Translations under genes and position numbers: made by a program
Shown here: positions 27,960 to 35,568 of the stretch, one piece after another
Position numbering within the stretch: the stretch's first letter is position 1
How the letters are laid out: each line of letters opens with the position of its first letter
Origin: Halobacterium sp. CBA1126
GTDB taxonomy: Archaea; Halobacteriota; Halobacteria; Halobacteriales; Halobacteriaceae
Length of the DNA stretch: 40,000 bases
Reading direction: 5' to 3'
Assembly: GCF_009741975.1 (NCBI RefSeq)
Contig: NZ_WPCF01000007.1
Coordinates: forward strand, 5,311 to 45,310
Notes under the pieces: generated by a model
Databases searched by the model: none
What the model saw: the letters and a program-made list of their open reading frames with translations, nothing else
What the model was told of the DNA's origin: nothing

Positions 27960-28802
27960 CTACGCGGGCACGACCGCGTACTCGACGGTGAGGAACTTCG
28001 CGCCCGCGAGCCACATCTCGTGGGTCGCCAGCGCCGTCGCCGCGCCCCCTGTCGGGTCCTCGACGACGGACGGCGGTTCCACGCTCCCGCCGGCTGGCCA
28101 CACGCGGAACCGCTGGTCCGCGGGGAGCGCGAACCCGACCGGCGGCACGACCCAGTACAGCCCGGGGTCGCCGGGCGCTCCGGTGGTCAACTCCACGCCG
28201 GTCGCGTCGCCCGCGCCGAGGTGGCCGATGCGCAGCACCGTCGAGAGGTTGCCGCCGGGCAGCGGCGCCGCGATGTTCACGTACCGCTCGCCGTCGCGCT
28301 CGTGGCTCGCGTACAGCGCGACGAACGCCGCCGCCCCGGTCTCGTCCGTGCGAATCCACGCCCGCGCGCCGTCCCGCGGGTCCGCTTCGCACTCGAGCGC
28401 GACGAACCGACTCGACAGCCGGCGCCAGTCCTCGTCGCCGGGCGCCGGGAGGTTCAACTGCCGGACGCGAGTCGTGACGGGAGCGGCGAGCGCCGCGCCC
28501 GTCCGGAACGGCCGGTGCCACCGCGCGCGGAGCAGCATCTCGTATTCGGCCGTGTGCTCGTAGAAGTCCCGCACCTCGGGCGCGACCCGACCGGGGTCGA
28601 AGCCGGGGCGCGCGAACTCCGCCATGTCGTTCATCTCGCCCGCGAGTTCGCCGTCGTCGGCGCCGAGGCCGCGCCGGTCCACGAACCCCGCGCCGATGCG
28701 GCTGCCGCCGGTCACGGGACTGAACGGCACGTCCCGCGCTCGCCACGCCGCGGCGCCGGCCAGCGACGCGGCGACGCCGGCGGCGACTGTTCGACCGCGC
28801 AT
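27960..28802 (-). CDS. hypothetical protein with hydrophobic N-terminus
   Basis: 280-aa ORF; Ala/Gly-rich N-terminal segment MRGRTVAAGVAASLAGAAAW may be a signal or anchor. No family assigned. Confidence 0.5.
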   Translation of the reverse strand: MRGRTVAAGVAASLAGAAAWRARDVPFSPVTGGSRIGAGFVDRRGLGADDGELAGEMNDMAEFARPGFDPGRVAPEVRDFYEHTAEYEMLLRARWHRPFRTGAALAAPVTTRVRQLNLPAPGDEDWRRLSSRFVALECEADPRDGARAWIRTDETGAAAFVALYASHERDGERYVNIAAPLPGGNLSTVLRIGHLGAGDATGVELTTGAPGDPGLYWVVPPVGFALPADQRFRVWPAGGSVEPPSVVEDPTGGAATALATHEMWLAGAKFLTVEYAVVPA

Positions 28803-28894
28803 ACGCGCTCTTGGGCGCGGACCGACACGAGTCTGGCGGCGTCCGCCGAGCGCTGAGGCTGGTCTTTAATACGGCTGACCCCGACCCATCGGAC

Positions 28895-29276
28895 ATGAAA
28901 CGCATCATCGACACCCCGGACGCCCCCGCCGCCGTCGGCGCGTACAGCCAGGCCACCACCGACGGCGACGTCGTCTTCACCGCCGGCCAGATTCCGATGA
29001 CGCCGGATGGCGAACTCCTCGACGACGAACCCATCGCCACCCAGACCCGCCAGAGCCTCGAGAACGTCAAGGCCATCCTCGAAGCCGAGGGGCTCACCAT
29101 GCAGGACGTGCTCAAGGTGTCGGTGTTCCTCGACGACATCGACGACTTCGAGGAGATGAACGACGCCTACGCCGAGTACTTCCAGGACAACCCGCCCGCG
29201 CGCTCGGCGCTCGAGGTCTCCGCGCTCCCGAAGCGCGGCCGTCGAGATCGAGGCCGTCGCCGCCCAGCGCGACTAG
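28895..29276 (+). pseudogene. ridA: RidA/YjgF-family reactive-intermediate deaminase, frame broken at 29234-29237 (probable sequence error)
   Basis: MKRIIDTPDAPAAVGAYSQA...PARSALEVSALPK is in the frame of ORF 28811..29653. The conserved end AVEIEAVAAQRD* (TAG 29274-29276) is in another frame. Four nt (CGCG) lie between AAG and GCC, which means a +1 or -2 change. Confidence 0.8.
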
Positions 29277-29465
29277 ATGCGACGCGCCACGCTGGACACG
29301 CTGGCGTGGGGCGCCGTCGGCGCGCTGGCGTTCCTCGTGCTCGCACAGGCCTACCGGGCGCTCGCCGACGGCGGCGTCGGCTTTCTCCCGCTGCTCGGTG
29401 TCGCCGTCGTCGTCTTCGCGGCCTCGGCCGCGGTCGCCCGCGTCGCCGCCGACCGCCTCCACTGA
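29277..29465 (+). CDS. small two-TM membrane protein
   Basis: 62-aa ORF; its ATG immediately follows the ridA TAG (TAGATG). Confidence 0.4.
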   Translation: MRRATLDTLAWGAVGALAFLVLAQAYRALADGGVGFLPLLGVAVVVFAASAAVARVAADRLH

Positions 29466-29479
29466 CGCGAAAAGAAGGG

Positions 29480-29485
29480 TTTAAA
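29480..29485 (+). promoter_or_regulatory. TATA box (TTTAAA) of the tRNA-Ser gene
   Basis: GGGTTTAAACG, 27-32 nt upstream of tRNA position 1 (29512). Confidence 0.55.
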
Positions 29486-29511
29486 CGACCGACCCGGGTA
29501 GGGTACGACGG

Positions 29512-29593
29512 GCCGGGATGGCCGAATGGCAAAGCGCACGCCTGGAAAGCGTGTCCCCTTACGGGGTTCAGGGTTCAAATCCCTGTCCCGGCG
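29512..29593 (+). tRNA. tRNA-Ser (anticodon GGA)
   Basis: Folded by hand. Acceptor GCCGGGA/TCCCGGC, discriminator G. Anticodon arm CACGC-CTGGAAA-GCGTG, long variable arm (TCCCCTTACGGGGT), T arm CAGGG-TTCAAAT-CCCTG. CCA is not encoded. Confidence 0.9.
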
Positions 29594-29650
29594 TTCTACC
29601 CGTACTCGCGCCGTCCAGCGACGGTTCTGTCGCTGGGCTCGATGGCTCTG

Positions 29651-29673
29651 TGAACGACGGCGGGATTTGAACC
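29651..29673 (-). repeat. tRNA 3'-end-like fragment (GGTTCAAATCCCGCCGTCGTTCA on minus strand)
   Basis: Contains the T-loop core GGTTCAAATCCC, the inverted complement of 29707-29718. No matching 5' half is present. Confidence 0.6.
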
Positions 29674-29705
29674 ACGGCAGACCGAACGCAGTGAGGTCTG
29701 GCATT

Positions 29706-29728
29706 GGGTTCAAATCCCTGTCCCGGCG
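29706..29728 (+). repeat. exact 23-bp duplicate of the tRNA-Ser 3' end
   Basis: GGGTTCAAATCCCTGTCCCGGCG is identical to 29571-29593 (T arm, 3' acceptor strand and discriminator). Confidence 0.95.
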
Positions 29729-29792
29729 TCTTCTCGTGATACAGCGGCCGAAGCGGCGCGACGAGACGCGCCGCGAGGCGCAGAACTGTGCA

Positions 29793-29814
29793 GTCGCCGT
29801 AGGGATTTGAACTC
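29793..29814 (-). repeat. tRNA 3'-end-like fragment (GAGTTCAAATCCCTACGGCGAC on minus strand)
   Basis: Shares GTTCAAATCCCT with the tRNA-Ser T arm in inverted orientation. Confidence 0.55.
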
Positions 29815-29901
29815 TGGACGTCGCAGCCGCGCAGCGGAGCGAGCAGGAACGTCTTCTGTGCGGCCCCAGCGTTCTTCTCGCCGGCCGGCGAAGCACTCTG
29901 T

Positions 29902-30123
29902 ATGAGTAACGGAGACAGTTCCGCACCGGTCGAGATGGGCGAGGAGTACGTGGTGGACGTCGAGAGCATCGGTGAGGAGGGCGACGGGGTCGCACACGTC
30001 GACGACTTCGTGGTGCTGGTGCCGGAGGGCGAGATGGGGGACCGCGTGCAGGTGCGCATCGACCGGGTGGAGTCCGACTACGCGATGGCCGAGGTGGTCG
30101 ACCACGAGTCCGACGTCGCCTAA
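29902..30123 (+). CDS. TRAM-domain protein
   Basis: 73 aa; EEYVVDVESIGEEGDGVAHVDDFVVLVPEGEMGDRVQVRIDRV is the archaeal stand-alone TRAM pattern. Confidence 0.8.
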   Translation: MSNGDSSAPVEMGEEYVVDVESIGEEGDGVAHVDDFVVLVPEGEMGDRVQVRIDRVESDYAMAEVVDHESDVA

Positions 30124-30257
30124 CTTAAAGGCAGGTGCGCCGCCCGCGGCTCGTGTGAACGACTGTCACACTATTCGGGTTCTGTAGTCATTTTGCACGG
30201 GATTCAGGGCGTGTGGGGCGGGTCGCGGTGCGGTCGCCGACACGCCTCGATAGCAAC

Positions 30258-30266
30258 TTTTATATA
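30258..30266 (+). promoter_or_regulatory. TATA box (TTTTATATA) of the thermosome gene
   Basis: Textbook archaeal TATA, 28-36 nt upstream of ATG 30294. Confidence 0.65.
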
Positions 30267-30293
30267 GAATCACAATCAATCCTTCGGATACCT

Positions 30294-31964
30294 ATGGCAC
30301 AACAACAGCAGCGGATGCAGGGTCAGCCCATGATCATCATGGGCGACGACGCCCAGCGCGTGAAGGACAAGGACGCCCAGGAGCACAACATCTCCGCGGC
30401 GCGAGCGGTCGCGGACGCCGTCCGCTCCACACTCGGCCCGAAAGGGATGGACAAGATGCTCGTCTCCTCGATGGGCGACGTCACCATCACGAACGACGGC
30501 GTCACCATCCTCCAGGAGATGGACATCGACAACCCGACCGCGGAGATGATCGTCGAAGTCGCCGAGACCCAGGAGGACGAGGCCGGCGACGGCACGACGA
30601 CCGCGGTCGCCATCGCGGGCGAACTCCTCAAGAACGCCGAGGAGCTCCTCGAGCGCGACATCCACCCGACCGCCATCATCAAGGGGTACAACCTCGCCGC
30701 CGAACAGGCCCGCGAGGAAGTCGACAACGTCGCCATCGACGTCGACCCCGACGACGAGGACCTCATCCGCAGCGTCGCGGAGACCTCGATGACCGGCAAG
30801 GGCGCCGAGCTCGACAAGGAGCTGCTCTCCGGCATCATCTACGACGCCATCAACCAGGTCGCCGTCGAAGCCGCCGACGGCAGCACGGTCGTCGACGCCG
30901 CGAACATCAACGTCGAGACCCAGACCGGCCGCGCGGTCGGTGACTCCGAGCTCCTCGTCGGCGCCGCCGTCGACAAGGACCCGGTCCACGACGAGATGCC
31001 CACGGACGTCGAGGACGCGAAGATCCTCCTCCTCAACGAGGCCATCGAAGTCGAGGAAGCCGAAGCCGACACCTCCGTCAACATCGAGAGCCCCGACCAG
31101 CTCCAGCAGTTCCTCGACCAGGAAGAGGAACAGCTCAAGCAGAAGGTCCAGCAGATCAAGGACACGGGCGCCAACGTCGTCTTCTGCCAGAAGGGCATCG
31201 ACGACATGGCCCAGCACTACCTCGCGAAGGAGGGCATCCTCGCGGTGCGCCGCACCAAGAAGTCCGACATCGAGTTCCTGACGAACGTCCTCAACGCGTC
31301 GGTCGTCACGGACCTCGACTCCGCGACCGAGGCCGACGTCGCCACCGGCTCCGTCTCTCGCGACAGCGAGGACGAGCTGTTCTACGTCGAAGGCGACGAC
31401 GAGGACGCCCACGGCGTCACCATCCTCCTGCGCGGCTCCACCGACCACGTCGTCGACGAGCTCGAGCGCGGCGTCACTGACGCCCTCGACGTCTCCGCGC
31501 AGACGCTCTCGGACGGCCGCGTCCTCCCCGGCGGCGGCGCCATCGAAGTCGAAGTCGCCGACCGCCTCCGCGACTACGCGGACTCCGTCTCCGGCCGCGA
31601 GCAGCTCGCCGTCGAAGCGTTCGCGGACTCGCTGGAGCTCGTGCCGCGCGTGCTCGCCGAGAACGCCGGCCTCGACTCCATCGACACGCTCGTCGACCTG
31701 CGCTCCGCCCACGAATCCGGCGAGGAGCGCACCGGCCTGAACGTGCTCTCCGGCGACCTCGAGGACACCTTCGAAGCCGGTGTCGTCGAGCCCGCACACG
31801 CCAAAGAGCAGGCCGTCACGAGCGCCTCCGAGGCCGCGAACCTCGTGCTCAAAATCGACGACATCATCTCCGCCGGCGACCTCTCCACCGACAAGGGCGA
31901 CGACGAAGGTGGCGCCGGCGGCATGGGCGGCGGTATGGGCGGCGGCATGGGCGGCATGATGTAA
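30294..31964 (+). CDS. ths: thermosome subunit (group II chaperonin)
   Basis: ORF 30213..31964, ATG 30294 ([16 protein letters not shown]). [25 protein letters not shown] and VLPGGGA motifs; C-terminal [15 protein letters not shown] tail. Confidence 0.95.
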   Translation: MAQQQQRMQGQPMIIMGDDAQRVKDKDAQEHNISAARAVADAVRSTLGPKGMDKMLVSSMGDVTITNDGVTILQEMDIDNPTAEMIVEVAETQEDEAGDGTTTAVAIAGELLKNAEELLERDIHPTAIIKGYNLAAEQAREEVDNVAIDVDPDDEDLIRSVAETSMTGKGAELDKELLSGIIYDAINQVAVEAADGSTVVDAANINVETQTGRAVGDSELLVGAAVDKDPVHDEMPTDVEDAKILLLNEAIEVEEAEADTSVNIESPDQLQQFLDQEEEQLKQKVQQIKDTGANVVFCQKGIDDMAQHYLAKEGILAVRRTKKSDIEFLTNVLNASVVTDLDSATEADVATGSVSRDSEDELFYVEGDDEDAHGVTILLRGSTDHVVDELERGVTDALDVSAQTLSDGRVLPGGGAIEVEVADRLRDYADSVSGREQLAVEAFADSLELVPRVLAENAGLDSIDTLVDLRSAHESGEERTGLNVLSGDLEDTFEAGVVEPAHAKEQAVTSASEAANLVLKIDDIISAGDLSTDKGDDEGGAGGMGGGMGGGMGGMM

Positions 31965-31987
31965 AATCGGTCTGAGACCGATTTTAC
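31961..31987 (+). terminator. perfect 12-bp-stem hairpin overlapping the thermosome stop codon, ending in a T-tract
   Basis: GTAAAATCGGTC-TGA-GACCGATTTTAC; the stem includes the TAA at 31962-31964. Confidence 0.5.
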
Positions 31988-32024
31988 AGCAGCCGACGGA
32001 GCTCCGCTCAGTCGGAATGATGTA

Positions 32025-32090
32025 GTACCTTTTTGCCACGCTCGGCGCGCTCGGCGCGCCGTCGCTGGCAAAAAGCTACGCTAAAAAGCG
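32025..32090 (-). repeat. T5/A5-flanked hairpin cassette, copy B (inverted relative to copy A)
   Basis: The reverse complement reads GCGCTTTTTAGCGTAGCTTTTTGCCA...TGGCAAAAAGGTAC. Copy A reads GGGCTTTTTTAGCGTAGATTTTTGCGG...CCGGAAAAAGGTAC. Confidence 0.85.
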
Positions 32091-32300
32091 CCGTCACCCA
32101 CCTTCGGTGGGTTCGCGCCCGAGCGCTCCGCGCTCGGTGAATCGCGCGGCTCCGCCGCGCGAATGCTACCCGTTCCGCGTCGCACCGCTTCCGCGTCGCT
32201 TCGCGCTGCACCGCTCGCTGGCTATCTCGTCTTTCTTTCGGCGCTCGTCGGGTAGCGGCGGCTCAGTCGTTCGGGTGGTCGTCGAAAGAGTGGGTCTGCG

Positions 32301-32762
32301 TTACTCGTCGTCGATGTCGAGCTCGAACTGCTGGTGTTCGGCGGCGGCGTTGAGCACGACGCTCGTGTTCGACTCCTTGATGTCGGCGTCCGCGAGCAGT
32401 TCCTTGATGAGCGAGTTCATGTCGTCGGTGTCGTGGAACTTCCCGACGGCGATGACGTCGTGGTCGCCGGTGACTTCGTAGACGGAGACCATCTGCTTGT
32501 GGTCGCGGAAGCGGTCCGTGATGTCCGGGAGCGCGCCGCCCTCGACCTTGAGCTGGATGATGGCGGTGACGTCGTAGCCGAGCTGGTCGTAGTCGACGAC
32601 CGGCACGTACCCCTCGATGACGCCCGCTCCTTCCAAGTCCTTGAGGTGGTTGGAGACGGTAGTCACGGACACGTCGAGTTCGTCCGCGAGGCTGCGGAGG
32701 CTGGCGCGGCCGTCGGCGAGCAGTTCGTTGACGAGGTGCGCGTCGAGGTTCTCGTACGTCAT
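32301..32762 (-). CDS. lrp: Lrp/AsnC-family transcriptional regulator
   Basis: 153 aa; HTH ([25 protein letters not shown]) plus RAM domain. Divergent from glnA, as in other haloarchaea. Confidence 0.9.
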   Translation of the reverse strand: MTYENLDAHLVNELLADGRASLRSLADELDVSVTTVSNHLKDLEGAGVIEGYVPVVDYDQLGYDVTAIIQLKVEGGALPDITDRFRDHKQMVSVYEVTGDHDVIAVGKFHDTDDMNSLIKELLADADIKESNTSVVLNAAAEHQQFELDIDDE

Positions 32763-32886
32763 ACACTCCCCTACCGTCTCGGGGGTATAGAAGTTTACGA
32801 ATGTTCAGTTATCGTTACGTCTCTCAAAATTACGCTAACCGCTACTGCTTTAATGGTGGATGTAGTCGTCTGCAGTGTCCACAGAT

Positions 32887-34262
32887 ATGACGAACGGGAA
32901 TCCCAGCGGCGACCTGAACGCGACCGAGCAGGCGGTACTCGAAGAGATCGACGAACAGAACATCGACTTCCTCCGCCTCCAGTTCACGGACATCCTCGGC
33001 ACCGTGAAGAACGTCTCCATCCCCGCCACGCAGGCGGAGAAGGCGTTCACCGACGGCATCTACTTCGACGGCTCGTCCATCGAGGGCTTCGTCCGCATCC
33101 AGGAGTCGGACATGCGCCTCGTCCCCGACCCGGACACGTTCTCCGTGCTCCCGTGGCGGACCCGCGACGACACCGAGGAGGGCGGCGCCGCGCGGCTCAT
33201 CTGCGACGTCATCGACACCTCGACCGGCGAGCCCTTCGAGGGCGACCCGCGCCACGTGCTCAAGCAGGCCCTCGACCGCGCCGAGGAGATGGGGTACACC
33301 GTCAACGCCGCGCCCGAACCCGAGTTCTTCCTCTTCGAGGAGGACGAGGAAGGCCGCGCGACGACGAAGACCAACGACGCCGGCGGCTACTTCGACCTCG
33401 CGCCGAAGGACCTCGCGAGCGACGTGCGCCGCGACATCATCTACGGCCTCGAGGACATGGGCTTCGAGATCGAGGCCTCCCACCACGAGGTCGCGCAGGG
33501 CCAGCACGAGATCAACTTCGAGTACGACGACGCGCTCACCACGGCTGACAACGTCGGGACGTTCCGGACGGTCGTGCGCGCCATCGCCGCCCAGCACGAC
33601 CTCCACGCGACGTTCATGCCCAAGCCCATCCCGCGCATCAACGGCTCCGGCATGCACACCCACATCTCGCTGTTCACCGAGGACGGCGAGAACGCGTTCC
33701 ACGACGGCGACGACGAGTTCGACCTCTCGGAGACCGCCAAGCAGTTCACCGCCGGCGTCCTCGAGCACGCTCCGGCGCTGGCCGCGGTCACGAACCCGAC
33801 CGTGAACTCCTACAAGCGCCTCGTCCCCGGCTACGAGGCGCCGGTGTACGTCGCGTGGTCGGACCGCAACCGCTCCGCGCTCATCCGCAAGCCCGCGGCC
33901 CGCGTGCCCGCCGCCAGCCGCATCGAGGCGCGCTTCCCGGACCCGTCGTGTAATCCGTACCTGGCGTTCGCGGCGCTCATCCACGCCGGCCTCGACGCAT
34001 CGAGAAGGGCCTCGAGTGCCCGGACCCGGTCCGCGAGAACATCTACGAGTTCGACGAGCAGAAGCGCGAGGAGTACGGCATCGACACGCTGCCGTCGAAC
34101 CTCGGCGAAGCCCTCGACGAGCTCGAGGACGACGAGGTCGTGCTGAACGCGCTCGGCGACCACGTCGCCGAGAAGTTCCTCGAGGCGAAGAACGCCGAGT
34201 ACGACGACTACCGCGTCGACGTCTCCGACTGGGAGCTCGAGCGCTACCTCGAGAAGTTCTAG
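32887..34262 (+). pseudogene. glnA: glutamine synthetase type I, frame broken at about 33997-33998 (probable sequence error)
   Basis: ORF 32875..34146 carries the GS body ([34 protein letters not shown]). After ...IHAGLD the conserved tail [19 protein letters not shown]...[10 protein letters not shown] (TAG 34260-34262) is in another frame. The junction GAC GC|ATC GAG is one nucleotide short. Confidence 0.9.
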
Positions 34263-34349
34263 TCGGCTCCGCTCCGTCTCTTCTTTCGCGCCCGCCTCGC
34301 CAGCGGCGTCAGTCGCCGAGTCCGGGAATGCCGACGCCCCTGTCGAGGG

Positions 34350-35546
34350 TCATCGCCACGACCGGACGCGGTCGGCGATGCGGCCCGGTAAGCCGAGCGC
34401 GTCCACGCTCAGGCCGAACAACACCATCAGCACGTACAGCCCCAGCGTCGACAGCCACACCACCACCATCGCCAGAATCGACCAGCCGCCGCTCAGGTAG
34501 ACGAACGCGCCGACGGTCATCAGGGTGCCGTACAGCAGCACGAGGTACGGTCCCCAGCCGCGGGCCTTCCCGCGGCGCAGGCGCTGGCGGACGTACTGCT
34601 TGAGGTCGGCTTCCAGCTCGGACTTTGAGACGGTCTTCGCGTCGAGCTCGGCGCGCAGCGCCTCGACTTCCGCGCCGAGCTCGGCGACGTCCGGCGCCTC
34701 GTTGGGTGGCTCCGGCTCGGGCTGCTCGTCGTCGTCGTCAGGTCGTCCCGACAGCACGGCGTTGAGTACCGCACCGAGGGTGATAACGATGCCGCCGAAG
34801 TACAGCCACGTCACCAGCAGCAGCGCGCCGCCGAGAATCCCGTACAGCTCGCCGCCGCCGACGTACGCGGCGTACACGCGGAACCCCTGCGCGAGCAGCG
34901 TCCACCCGACCGCGGCGAACAGCGCGCCCGGGAGCGCCTCACGGGCGCCCATCTCGACGTCCGGGAAGACGTAGTACGCGGGCAGGAACACCAGCGTGAG
35001 CGCGACCGGGAGCGTCACCGCGCTCGCGAGGTCGAGGTACGGCACGACCTCGAGGTACGGCACGACCACCGTCACCGCGATGGCGGCGCCGGCCGCCAGC
35101 GGCAGCGTCAACAGCACGACGGCGCCGTCGACGAGCTGTTCGAGCAGCGACTCCGCCTTCCGGGCGCCGTACACCTGCGAGAACGCGACGTCGAGGCCGC
35201 GGAACAGCTTGAGCGCGGACCACGTCAACAGCAGGAGGCTGACCGCGGTCGCGCCGGTGCGGCCGCGGTCGTTCGTCAGCGCGTCCCGGAGCGCCTGCTC
35301 GCCGGACGGCGCGAGGAACGCCTCCAGCGAGCCGACGACGGCGTCCGCGAGGCCGACGTCGCCGAGCGCGGTGCTGACCGCCACGGCGAGCACGAGCAGC
35401 GGGATCAGGGAGACGAACGCGTAGTAGGCGACGGCCGCCGAGAGGAACGTCACTTGCTCGTCGCTGGCCGTCTCGGCGACCCGTCGCGCGACCTCGACGG
35501 CGGACCCGATTCGTGTCACGTCACGGGCTTCGACGCGGTGGGTCAT
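34350..35546 (-). CDS. YihY/BrkB-family membrane protein with coiled-coil plus 2-TM C-terminal extension
   Basis: FLSAAVAYYAFVSLIPLL, LLLLTWSALKLF and LLVTWLYFGGIVITLGAVLN blocks; 398 aa. Contains an exact 18-bp tandem duplication. Confidence 0.8.
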   Translation of the reverse strand: MTHRVEARDVTRIGSAVEVARRVAETASDEQVTFLSAAVAYYAFVSLIPLLVLAVAVSTALGDVGLADAVVGSLEAFLAPSGEQALRDALTNDRGRTGATAVSLLLLTWSALKLFRGLDVAFSQVYGARKAESLLEQLVDGAVVLLTLPLAAGAAIAVTVVVPYLEVVPYLDLASAVTLPVALTLVFLPAYYVFPDVEMGAREALPGALFAAVGWTLLAQGFRVYAAYVGGGELYGILGGALLLVTWLYFGGIVITLGAVLNAVLSGRPDDDDEQPEPEPPNEAPDVAELGAEVEALRAELDAKTVSKSELEADLKQYVRQRLRRGKARGWGPYLVLLYGTLMTVGAFVYLSGGWSILAMVVVWLSTLGLYVLMVLFGLSVDALGLPGRIADRVRSWR

Positions 35547-35568
35547 AAATCGGGCTACTGCGCGCCGC

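Noticed and set aside
29640-29728. A second tRNA gene ending at 29728
   Set aside because: The 3' T arm and acceptor strand are present, but there is no complementary 5' acceptor strand (GCCGGGA) and no D or anticodon arm upstream. The inverted fragments likewise fail to form a T stem with their flanks.
29512-29901. Intact integrated provirus or plasmid at tRNA-Ser
   Set aside because: The duplicated 23-bp tRNA end is only 112 bp from the gene. No integrase or other element genes lie between or beside the copies. At most these are scars.
31905-31961. GGM-repeat at the thermosome 3' end as a possible tandem-repeat element
   Set aside because: The Gly-Gly-Met tail is the normal C-terminus of group II (and group I) chaperonins.
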